A stretch of 64,000 nt of DNA from an uncultured Phycisphaerales bacterium. GTDB taxonomy: Bacteria > Planctomycetota > Phycisphaerae > Tepidisphaerales > Tepidisphaeraceae. The translations under genes and the position numbers were made by a program. The notes beneath the pieces are model-generated. The model ran no database searches and was not told the DNA's origin. It saw only the letters and a list, made by a program, of their open reading frames with translations. This document shows positions 54,690 to 64,000 of this stretch, piece after piece; positions within the stretch are counted from its first letter, which is position 1, and each line of letters starts with the position of its first letter. Where the stretch lies: assembly GCA_963844715.1 (NCBI GenBank), contig CAWJPJ010000001.1:79967-143966 (forward strand). The letters are read 5' to 3'.

Positions 54690-57251
54690 ATGACTGAATC
54701 AGACGGGCGTGCGTCCATCCTAATTGTGGACGACAAGCCTGAAACGATTCTTTCGCTGGAAGTGATTCTGGAAGATCTGGGCCAGCGGATCGTGACCGCC
54801 AATTCCGGCCGCGAGGCTTTGCGCCATCTCCTCAACGAGGAATTCGCCGTCATCCTGCTGGACGTGAACATGCCGGATATGGACGGCTTCGAGGCCGCCA
54901 GCCTGATCCGCCAGCGATCCAGCCTCCAGCACGTCCCCATCATCTTCATCACCGCCCTCGACCGATGAGATGCACATGGCGCGCGGCTATCGCCTCGGGG
55001 CGGTCGATTACATCCAAGCCCCCGTCGTGCCCGAGGTCTTGCGCAGCAAGGTCTGCGTATTCGTCGAGCTATACCAGAAAACCGCCCAGGTGCGCCGGCA
55101 AAGCGAGACCATGCGCCGCCGCGCCACGCAGTTGCAGAAACTCGCCGCCGCGTCCCTGTCGATCAACAGCGCCGTCGCCATCGAGCAGATGATGCAAAAC
55201 CTCGCCGATAGCGCCGGAGACATCATCGGCTGCGATCAGGCGCTGGCGCTGCTTTTCCCGATCCGACCTCCACCCGCCGGCGGCGCGCAGCGCAACCTAT
55301 TTTCCCGAGCGCTACGCCAAATGGCGCGAACGCGAAATCAACCTCGAGCCGCTCAGTTCAACCGTCATCGCCCAAAGCCCCACCGCCACGCGAATGAGCG
55401 TCGCCGAGCTTCACGATCACCCGGATTGGGACATCATCCGCTCCCTCAAACTCCCGGCGATTCACAAAGGCCTGCTCGCCGCTCCACTCACCGACCGCTC
55501 GGGAAAAAATCTCGGCCTGGTCGTGATGTTCGATTGCGCAGCCGCGAAATTCATCGGCGGACGACGAGACGATCCTCATGCAACTCGTGCAGATCACCTC
55601 CATCGCCATCCAGAACGCGATCTTCGCCTGGGATCGGCAGGCGAACCGCCTGAAGGACGAATTCCTCGCCACCCTCTCGCACGAGCTGCGCACGCCGCTG
55701 AATGCCATCGTCGGCTGGACCCAGTCTGCTGCGCCTGGAAAAGCTTCCCGCCGAGGCGATGCGCGGCCTGGATGTCATCGACCGAAACGTCAAGGCGCAG
55801 ACAAAACTGATCGAGGATCTCCTCGACGTTTCGCGCATCACCACTGGCAAAACTGCGGCTGAATCAGCGGCGATGTCGTTCTTGCCCCGATCATCCAGGC
55901 CGCGATCGACGCAATCCAGCCGGCCGCGGCCGCCAAGGGCATCGCCCTCAAGGCCCGTCTCGATCCCGACGTTCGCGCCTACGCCGATTCCGATCGTCTC
56001 CAGCAGGTCATCTGGAATCTTCTCTCCAACGCCGTGAAGTTCACGCCGGAAAAGGGCCGTGTCGATGTTGCGCTCGAGAAGACTGAAACCCAGCGCGCGG
56101 ATTCGCGTCTCCGATACGGGGCAGGGAATCGAACCGGATTTCCTCCGATTTGTGTTCGACCGCTTCCGCCAGGCCGACGGGGAAATCACCCGCTCGCACG
56201 GCGGCCTGGGAATCGGCCTGAACATCGTGCCGCCACATCATCGAAATGCACGGCGGTACCGTCGCCGCCCAAAGCGCGGGATTGGATCAGGGAGCGACAT
56301 TCATCGTCACCGTGCCAACCTCGATTCCAGAAGCGATGGAAGACCTTCCTCCCCGAAAAGAAGAACGGTCCGATTCCGCTCACGCCGCCCAACGCCCGGA
56401 ATTGCCCGTCAAGCTCACCGGAAAGCGCGTACTCCTGGTCGACGATCAGGTCGACGCCCGCGAGGTGGTCTGTGAAATCCTGCGCCGCGCCGAGGCCGAA
56501 GTGGTCACCGCCGGGTCCGTGAGCGAGGCGTTTGAATGCCTTGCAAGGAACATCCCCGACGTGCTGGTCAGCGATCTGGCGATGCCCGGGCAGGATGGGT
56601 ATTCGCTGCTTCAGAAGTTGCGGCAATTCCCCGTCGAGCAGGGCGGCCAGACCCCGGCGATCGCCCTGACAGCCTACGCGCGCGAAGAGGATCGCCTCCG
56701 GGCCCTGAGCGTCGGGTTCCAGGTCCATCTCTGCAAGCCGGTCGAACCCCGCCAATTGGTGACCGCGATTGCCGATCTTACCGGCGTCCGCGACGCCGAC
56801 GAAGGCCGATCCAACGGCGAAAACAACGGAAAACATTCGTACCGTGCCAGTGAAGCAACTGTCGCAGGAACCCAAAGGGAAAAAATATCGACTCGAATCC
56901 TGATTGTCGAAGATCATGCGGATACGGCCGAATGCTGCGCACAGTTTGCTCCGCGCCGAAGGTTACGAAGTCGAGACCGCCGGCACCATTCGCGCCGCCC
57001 GCGCCGCGGTGCAGGCGCAGCCCGTCGATCTCCTTCTTTGCGACCTGGGCCTCCCCGACGGCGATGCCAGAAAGCTCCTCCAGGAACTTCGCCAAAACAG
57101 AGGCTTAAACGCCATTGCCGTCAGCGGTTACGGCGCCGATGGCGACGTCGCGGCATCCGCCGCTGCGGGTTTTGCCGCGCACCTCGTCAAGCCGATCGAT
57201 TTTGAGATTCTTAAATCGGTCATCGCCCAGGTTCTGGACGGAACAGTCTAA
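54690..57251 (+). CDS. Hybrid histidine kinase REC-(GAF-like)-HisKA-HATPase-REC-REC, frameshifted
   Basis: [65 protein letters not shown]. Confidence 0.88.
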
Positions 57252-57374
57252 TCCCGCCGATGCGTGGGTGGCCTAAATAGCAGACCGCGATTCAGCGACA
57301 CCCTCCTCCCCCGTTTAGCGGCCCCGCTTGCGGGGCGCGTTCTTCGATGCGCCGGAATCACGGTCCCCCATTTA

Positions 57375-57543
57375 GAGCGGTTTGCGGCTCCACGTAGCGA
57401 GCCAGTTGGCCTCGGCTGCAACGGAGGCAAGGATGAGCGGCGAAGCGTATCAGAGTTCCGCTAGTTTCCGCAGGAAGCCGCGAAGACGCGGCATCCGTTG
57501 CAGCCGTGGACAAATGGCCGCTACGCGGAGCCGCAATCCGCTC
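57375..57543. mobile_element. MITE-like non-coding element with ~55-bp imperfect terminal inverted repeats, flanked by TA
   Basis: GAGCGGTTTGCGGCTCCACGTAGCG...GGCTGCAACGGA versus TCCGTTGCAGCC...CGCTACGCGGAGCCGCAATCCGCTC. Confidence 0.75.
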
Positions 57544-57546
57544 TAG

Positions 57547-58921
57547 CAGGACGCTGAAAAACCCTCTTGACGAATGTTCTCGGTGGCGCTGAACTGTGTG
57601 ACACCCAGACACGGAGGTCATTCATGCGAGGCAAGGCCGATCCCCAATCCATTTTGTTCATCGCGGCCATCGATCTGGAACAACGCGTCCGTCCTGATCA
57701 TCCGCTGCGGGCCGTGAAGCGCATGGTCGATGAAGACTTGAAGGCCATGAGTCGGCGTTTTGATGCCGCCTACGCGGCCGAAGGCCGGCCCAGCGTGCCG
57801 CCGGAGCGGCTGATCAAGGCGTTGCTTTTGCAATCGATCTATTCGATTCGCTCCGAGGCGCAGCTCGTGGAACGGATTGATCACGACCTGCTGTTCCGTT
57901 GGTTTTTGGACCTGCGGATCGACGAAGAGGTATTCGACGCCACCGTCTTCTCGCACAATCGCGGGCGGCTGGAAGAGCACGGGCTGATCGGCGCGTTTTT
58001 CGACGGCACGGTGCGTCGGGCCATCGCCGCGGGACTGGTCAGCCCCGACCACTTCTCGGTGGATGGCTCGCTGATCGAGGCGTATGCGTCGATCAAGAGC
58101 TTCAAACCCAGGGATGAAAAGGACAAAAAAGACAATGATGCGGGAGATAACAACGGTTTTAAGGGCCGCAACGCCGAGGTGGACTTCCACGGCCAGAAGC
58201 GGTCCAACGACACCCACGAATCAACCACCGATTCCGACGCGAAGCTGGTCCGCAAGAGCGACGGCAAGCCGGCGTTGCTCAGCCATGCGCTGCACGCGAT
58301 CGTGGAGAACCGCCACGGGCTGGTGCTGGCGGTGGAAGTCAACTCGCCGCTGGAGAACAGCGAGCCGGTCACCGCGTTGTCGCTGATCGATCGGGTCAAG
58401 AAACGTTTTGGGCTCAAACCCAAGACGGTTGGGGCCGACAAGGGGTACGACCAGGGTCCGCTGTTGCGTGGGCTGGAGCGAAGAAGAATCCGTCCGCACG
58501 TGGCGGTGAAGGAGGGCAAGATCGGCGGCGACACCGCCGCCTATCGCTGGAAGAACCGAGCCAACATCGCGGCCCGCCAGCGGATGCGTCGGCGCGCCAA
58601 GACCCTCGGTTACGCCATCAGCCAGCGTTGCCGCAAGAAGATCGAGGAATGGATCGGCTGGGCCAAGACGATCGGCGGCCTGTATCGCACCCGGTTGATC
58701 GGACATTCAAAAACCGGCCAGCAGGCCCACCTGGCCGGGGCGGCGTTCAATCTGATCCGGATGCGCAACCTGAGTACCGTGTGAAACTCAACCTGGGCAT
58801 GCAATCCGCCAACGAACTCGAACGAACTGAAGCCCTTGGAACGATCCGAGATGGAACCCGCCATTGAAAAGCGGCCAACAGACAGGAAAATGCGCCAACT
58901 CCCGAGTTTTTCAGCGTCCTG
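57547..58921 (+). mobile_element. IS5-family insertion sequence, 1375 bp
   Basis: 16-bp terminal inverted repeats CAGGACGCTGAAAAAC/GTTTTTCAGCGTCCTG; CTAG duplicated at 57543-57546 and 58922-58925. Confidence 0.93.
57624..58784 (+). CDS. IS5-family transposase
   Basis: DHPLR, GRPSVPPERL, LFRWF, HFSVDGSLIEA.AS, GADKGYD, RKKIEE. Confidence 0.93.
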   Translation: MRGKADPQSILFIAAIDLEQRVRPDHPLRAVKRMVDEDLKAMSRRFDAAYAAEGRPSVPPERLIKALLLQSIYSIRSEAQLVERIDHDLLFRWFLDLRIDEEVFDATVFSHNRGRLEEHGLIGAFFDGTVRRAIAAGLVSPDHFSVDGSLIEAYASIKSFKPRDEKDKKDNDAGDNNGFKGRNAEVDFHGQKRSNDTHESTTDSDAKLVRKSDGKPALLSHALHAIVENRHGLVLAVEVNSPLENSEPVTALSLIDRVKKRFGLKPKTVGADKGYDQGPLLRGLERRRIRPHVAVKEGKIGGDTAAYRWKNRANIAARQRMRRRAKTLGYAISQRCRKKIEEWIGWAKTIGGLYRTRLIGHSKTGQQAHLAGAAFNLIRMRNLSTV

Positions 58922-59247
58922 CTAGTTCGGATGATCAATGACGGGGGCGGGCGGGGGCGCTGCGACCGTAGGGGAGGGAGTTCCACGGTCCATCAGTCGC
59001 CTCCCCGCCGCCACCGTCGCACGGAGAACACTGCTTTGGAATGTTTTCCTCAACCATTCAGCCGCCGCCGGTGACGCGGCGCGGCTGCGCCCAGTGCCGC
59101 CGCGACTCCGATCGTCAGGAACGGGTGGTCCTTCAGCGGCTTCAACGGATTCGCCGCGCGTCCCGCCGCGCGGAGTTCATCCTTGCGTTCCTCAACCTCG
59201 TGAGAAACTTCCTCGCCGGTCAGCGGATCAAGCTCCGGGCGGTCCAT
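58922..59247 (-). CDS. Small membrane-anchored protein (YqjK-like position), one frameshift
   Basis: MDRPELDP...KDHPFLTIGVAAALG, then in a shifted frame ...PAPVIDHPN* ending in the TAG of the IS target site. Confidence 0.5.
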
Positions 59248-59494
59248 ATCACGGCTCCAGCAAGAACCAGCGCGACAATTCCAAACACCATCGCCGCCTG
59301 CGGGGGCACATGGACTGCGCCAGCAATCCGTAGAGGCCGAACAGAATGAATCCGATCCCCGCCAGCGCCACCAGGAAACCCACCAGCAACATCGCCGTCG
59401 CCGCGCCCAGGCGGACCAAACGGCGATGCAGCGCACGCCCTTCGGCTTCCACCAGATCAAACGTCGCAATCAGCATGTTCGCCAGTGCTTCCAT
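59220..59494 (-). CDS. YqjE/phage-holin-family-like two-TM protein, one frameshift
   Basis: DLVEAEGR followed by two hydrophobic helices; follows the DUF883 gene. Confidence 0.6.
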
Positions 59495-59497
59495 GGT

Positions 59498-59851
59498 TTA
59501 TCGCCTCCGCCCAAGAATCTTGGCGACGATGAACCCGATCCCAAACGCGATCAACGCGCTTTGAATCGGATTCTCCTCGATTTTCTTTCCCGCGGCGTGC
59601 ACGGAGTCCGCCCCCTTCTGTTTAAGATCGCCGACGCGCTCCTTCAGATGCTCCATCGCATCCGAGGCGTTCTCCCCCACCGCCCCCAGGCCGCTTTTCC
59701 CCAGGCCAAACACGTGGGCGAACAGATTCACTACATCCTCCTTCAGTTGCATCAGATCGCTGCGGAGACCTTCCATCTCCTCCGTCATGTGGTCGGTGGC
59801 GTTTTCGCCGCCGCGGTTCTGCTTCGACTTTTCCTGAGTATCGGTCACCAT
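59498..59851 (-). CDS. ElaB/YqjD (DUF883) tail-anchored stress protein
   Basis: LRSDL..L..DV coiled coil; IEENPIQSALIAFGIGFIVAKILGRRR. Confidence 0.85.
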   Translation of the reverse strand: MVTDTQEKSKQNRGGENATDHMTEEMEGLRSDLMQLKEDVVNLFAHVFGLGKSGLGAVGENASDAMEHLKERVGDLKQKGADSVHAAGKKIEENPIQSALIAFGIGFIVAKILGRRR

Positions 59852-59962
59852 TTGGCGCCTCCAGATTCGGATTCCAAAAAATTTCATTCGGACCGCGGCT
59901 ATTGCCGAAAAACGGCTCGTCCGCGACCCGCGTCGCGGACGAGCCGCGGTCACATCACAGGC

Positions 59963-60413
59963 TCATTGAATTTCATCTTTCGCCGTCGAACTCCGCAGCA
60001 CTTTGATTCGTTCATGCGCTTTCCTGCGCCATTTCAAATTGCAGTTCGATCACGTTGCCGAATTCCGGCGGCATCTCTTCCCCAAGGACATGGCGGAAAG
60101 CTGCCAGAGTCGACGTGGACGATCTCTCGCACGCCAGGAGAATCCCGTGCGCGTCGATTGAATCGAACCGCGACGGCTGCTCCCGCGACCCCGTCCCGGC
60201 GGCCCCCGCCGGCGCGTCGCCGTACGCCGTCAGACGCTTCGCCAGCTCCTGGGCGAACTTCTCCTGCTGCCGGCAAAATTCCGATAACTCCCTTTGAACC
60301 TGCGGGTCGGAATAGGCTCGCGCGGCTGCGCAAAGCTGTTCCCGCCATTCCAGGCATGATTCGATCAGGCGGTTGATCACGCCCTGCGTCTCGTTTGCGG
60401 TTTCGGCGATCAA
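59963..60413 (-). CDS. PA2169/DUF2383-like four-helix-bundle protein (ends approximate)
   Basis: INRLIESC, FAQEL, YGDAP, ILLACER, FRHVL. Confidence 0.65.
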
Positions 60414-60611
60414 GGCTTTTCTCCTTTCCAAATGGCTTCCGGTCGATACGACCCGGCGGTTTCCATTCCGCCGCAGGCCGTCCAACCCCCCTACCCTATT
60501 GCCTTTACGAAATCGCGGGCATCGGGGATTTACTGAACTGACTACCCGGCTTTCCCGCATTACAATGGGCCTGCGCCGCCGCCATTTGCCATACTAGGAA
60601 TCAGGTGCGAC

Positions 60612-61322
60612 ATGACGACTGCAACGCGATCCCACGCCACCGCTCGAACAACAATTATGTTGGTCGACGATCACCCCATCGTGCGCCGAGGCATCGCCGA
60701 ACTGATCGTGCGCGAGCCGGACCTGTCGGTCTGCGCCGAAGCGTCTTCCATGCAGGAGGCGATCGCCCTGGCCGCAAAACACCATCCCGGGCTTATGATC
60801 GTCGACGTCTCCCTGGACGGAAACAACGGCCTGGAACTGATGAAGAACATGTCTGGCCGCGACACCGCCCCCTTTCTCGTTTATTCGATGCATGACGAAA
60901 CGGTTTATGCCGAGCGCTGCCTCCCGCCGGCGCCAAGGGATATCTGATGAAGCAGGCGCCGCCCGAATCGCTTCTGACCGCGATCCGTCACGTCCTCGAC
61001 GGGAAAACCTATCTCAGCGAAAAGATGTCGGGAACAATTTTCGGGGAAATTTGTCGGGCCCGGCAAGGGCAACGGCGCCGCGACGTTGCGCATCGATACC
61101 CTCAGCGATCGCGAATTGGAAGTCTTGCAGCTCCTCGGCAATGGCATGACCACATCCCAAATCGCCGAGCAGCTTTTTCTCAGCGTCAAGACTGTCGAGA
61201 CTTATCGCGAGCATCTCAAGCAAAAATTAAATCTCCCCGACGGTCCGAAATTGATGCGCTACGCCGTGGAATGGTCCTTGAATTCCGCCCCCCGAGCGGG
61301 TTCCCGGAAGGCTTCCGAATGA
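60612..61322 (+). CDS. NarL/FixJ-family response regulator (REC + LuxR HTH), frameshifted
   Basis: LVDDHPIVRRG, IVDVSL, SMHDE; LSDRELEVL, LFLSVKTVETYR. Confidence 0.92.
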
Positions 61323-61600
61323 GCCGGACAAACGCAAAAACCGAGGAACTTTCCTCCATGTCGCCCGCGGACATTGCCTATCGCCGAGAACTGGCCGACC
61401 GAATCCACGACCATTTGCAGCAATTCCTCGCCGCCGCCCGAATGCGCGCGGGGATCATGCGAATGGATTCGCGCGAAAAGAACATTCCAACCGACGGAAT
61501 AGGCGAAATCGAACGCCTGCTGGAAAAAGCGATGGATGAATCGACGGATTTGATCCACGAACTGCGGCTCGACGGCGCGCGCGATGATTTGCATCAATGA
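61319..61600 (+). CDS. Stand-alone HisKA_3 (DHp) domain micro-protein, 93 aa
   Basis: RRELADRIHDHLQQFL...LIHELR; ATGA overlap with the regulator's stop codon. Confidence 0.7.
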   Translation: MSRTNAKTEELSSMSPADIAYRRELADRIHDHLQQFLAAARMRAGIMRMDSREKNIPTDGIGEIERLLEKAMDESTDLIHELRLDGARDDLHQ

Positions 61601-61681
61601 TTCGGCCGGCTTGCGGAAATTCACCCTTGCCGGAAATTGCGCCCCGGAGCAATACTCAATAAAAGCAGCGAGGAACCCAAC

Positions 61682-61881
61682 ATGAAAAATTCCCCCGGCA
61701 AAAAACTCGAACCTAAGACGTCGAAATCGACCCGCCCGGAAAAAGCAGCCGCGGCGAATGCCCGGCAGACTGAAAAGAAAAGTCCGACGCGCCCCGCGAC
61801 GATATCGAGGAAGCCTCGATGGAATCGTTTCCCGCCAGCGACGCCCCCTCGTCGCATCGGTCGGAAACCAGCGAATCATAA
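61682..61881 (+). CDS. Small protein with the (E)ASMESFPASD motif, one frameshift
   Basis: GAGGA RBS; Lys-rich N-terminus, then DDIEEASMESFPASDAPS. Confidence 0.55.
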
Positions 61882-61952
61882 ACGCGGTCGCCGGCACGTT
61901 TCCGTCGATCGAAGGATCTTATCGCAACGGCGGCAGACAAGCGTCCATGGCG

Positions 61953-63187
61953 TCACTTGCCCCCCGCCCGAGCCGGCGAAAGCGCCCGCAGCGATTGCGG
62001 AACCTCCCTGAGCGCCTCATCCGGCAATTCATACGTCTCGGCGATCCGCTTCATATCCTCGCTCAAAACCTCCGGCCAGCGAATCCCCGGCAGAGCCTGC
62101 ACCGCGAAAATCTCCTGAACCGCATCCATGAACTTCACGAATCCCACGATTTGCCCGTTTCGCGTATCCACCGCCCATACCCCGCAGAACCGCTGGTCCT
62201 GCGGAAGTTCCGCGATCGCAATGCCGCTGAAAACGGCCGATTCGCGCACCTGCGAAAGCCCGATCATCGCGTATGGCCCGACGAAATCGATGCCCCGCGT
62301 GAACCCCGGAAGCCGGCAAATTTCCGTGTACTTGCCACTCTTTTCGTCGACCACGCCAAATCCCCCGTTCCCGCTTTCCAGCAGCCATAATTTTCCATTG
62401 TGCCAGCGCGGAGAGTGCGGCATCGACAGCCCGCGCGTGATGATTTCCCCGGACGGATACTCCATGAGGATTCCGCCCCCTGGTTTATTTGCGCCACCCG
62501 CCCGGCTTGTCCGTCTCCCCGACGCGCCGTCACGTAACGAATTTGCCCGTCCCGCAAACAAAACCCATTGAGATGGCACCGATCCTCCGGTGCAAGCGCA
62601 GCTAATAAATGGCGGATGCCACCGCGGTACAAAACTATACATATCGCTCCGCGTCGCCAGGCACGAAAACCGCGTGTTGATCACCCAAAGCTCCGACAAC
62701 CCAAACGGATCTGCCGGCAGCCTTTCGATCGCGGCAGCCAAAGCATCTCATGAATCTGTATGTCCCCCGTGCAATGACAAATTCGCGGCAAGAAAGCCGC
62801 GTCGTGATGAGACTTCGATTCCTTCTCGTCCAGCTTAGGCGCCACCGCCGGTATATCGTGAAACTCCCAAATCTCGCGCCGCCGTCCCCAGCGCAAACCG
62901 CCCCCGCTCCCAGGCAAACCCCATCGGTTTCTGAAACCCCCGAAAATGCGTATTGACCAGCGGCCCCTCCCCACCCCGCTCCGACCGCAAAAGAACCAGC
63001 TTCCCCGCCTGATAAGTCGTCACCGCCATGGAAATCCCCTGGCGATCAAGATCTGCGCGAACGTATTGGTATGAACACTACGCAGCGGCGGCTCCGCAGG
63101 AGCTGCGGGCTCCGCGGGCGCACCGGCCGGCGCGGAATTAGGGGCGGGATCAGGCGTGGCAGGCGGCGGCGATTCAGCTTCGGGCAT
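61953..63187 (-). CDS. TIGR03032 (DUF4915) family protein, several frameshifts
   Basis: TTYQAGKL, KPMG, TGDIQIHE, NTRFSCL, SFVPRW.PPFIS, EDRCHLNG, GLSMPHSPRW, LPGFTRG, GLSQVRE. Confidence 0.9.
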
Positions 63188-63544
63188 CTCGGTTTCCCCG
63201 TGACAGCACGCAGAGATACTCCGAAGGCCTCGCAAAGACAAGAAATGCTAAGCGCCGCGTCAAATTTGGTTTTTCTGCGCGATGAGGTTGAGCAGGTATC
63301 ATTACTTCACATCAGGTTACACTTTGGAATTGATTGAGCACCGGGGGTGGTAGCCGATGGAGTTGACGGAAGTTGGCCGACGCAGAGTGAGTTAATTAAC
63401 AGGACTTTTGAGTCATTCTGCCGGGACATGGCCGTAAAATTTGGCATAAAACGGCACAAGTCAATGCCCACAAAACGGTTATCGTCGCACACAGTGCGCC
63501 TGTATTGTTGTTGCAGGCATCGCCGTATTTGACGATACTATTGG

Positions 63545-63598
63545 TGCAGGTTCGGCCAAGGGGCTGCTACGGTGGCTCCGAAAGCATTACCTGCTTTT
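63545..63598 (-). ncRNA. Candidate DUF3800-associated structured RNA
   Basis: Immediately after the DUF3800 stop: GCAGGT...TCGG-A-GCCA...TGGC-CGA-ACCTGC nested stems. Confidence 0.45.
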
Positions 63599-64000
63599 TT
63601 ATTGCGCTTTTCGCCTTGATTCGTAGGGGTCCGGAACATAGATCGCGCCGTGTCCGGGATAGATACTCCCATCCTTGTAAATATCTCCGTGCCAAATGAA
63701 TTGGGCCATCGACCGCGCGAACGGTTCGATTTCTGCTCGCGTTGGTTCGGTCATCTGGGGTAGCCTCCACCCCCAATTCAAGCAGTAAATGCAAAGGTCT
63801 GCTGCCTGAACTCCGTAAGCCATATCAGATTCTACGAAGAATGGAACGGGAACAATCCACTGTGTCGCTGCCGCCCAGTAATGGTCTGAGTGAAGTATCG
63901 CTCGATGGTTTTGGCCAGTTTTCGGTCAGCACTCTTTTCCGTACCATCCATCACAAGCAGTCCCATGTCTTTTGATTGCTCAAGAAAGTAGAAATATCGC
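63599..64000 (-). CDS. DUF3800-family protein, 5' end outside window
   Basis: RYFYFLE..GLLVMD..E; FFVESDMAYGVQAADL; VPDPY; lower GC than the flanks. Confidence 0.75.

Noticed and set aside
59220..59494. Holin-like gene as evidence of a prophage
   Set aside because: It sits in a yqjD-yqjE-yqjK-like context with no phage genes nearby.
1..64000. Widespread frameshifts read as pseudogenes or programmed recoding
   Set aside because: They also hit essential genes (priA, rpsF, lptB) and occur throughout the window, which fits long-read indel error. Only the IS427-like transposase split may be biological.

Overview
GC-rich bacterial chromosome segment, most likely Planctomycetota (Phycisphaerae/Tepidisphaera-like). 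This is inferred from an LEPR-XLL N-terminal motif, a VPLP-type PEP-CTERM tail, several TPR-GT41 genes and the tRNA-Gln-glmU-prs-rplY-pth-rpsF-ssb-rplI block. Many genes, including essential ones (priA, rpsF, lptB), are split by single-base indels. These look like unpolished long-read errors, so split genes are reported as single CDSs with approximate ends. Layout: (1) 1-30 kb holds housekeeping genes, three TPR/GT41 glycosyltransferases, a TMTC-like glycosyltransferase, HDOD-GGDEF and GH28. (2) 30.3-38.8 kb is a Cus-type metal-efflux cassette with an IS5 in cusA, bracketed by a 292-bp direct repeat that duplicates the sorting tail of the neighbouring lectin gene; no integrase is visible. (3) 38.6-46.8 kb has a lectin with a PEP-CTERM-type tail and a giant S53 protease with about 17 Ig-like repeats. 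(4) 46.9-62 kb is a probable general-stress signalling locus: a poly-HAMP hybrid kinase, a second hybrid kinase, a NarL regulator, a stand-alone HisKA_3 micro-protein and YqjD/E/K-like, DUF2383 and DUF5335 genes, with a MITE and a second IS5 nested at a stop codon. (5) TIGR03032 and a DUF3800 gene followed by a candidate structured RNA lie at the right edge. The most notable observations are the integrase-free cassette with the duplicated sorting signal, palindromic repeats inserted in frame into protein genes, the stand-alone DHp protein, and the DUF3800-associated RNA.
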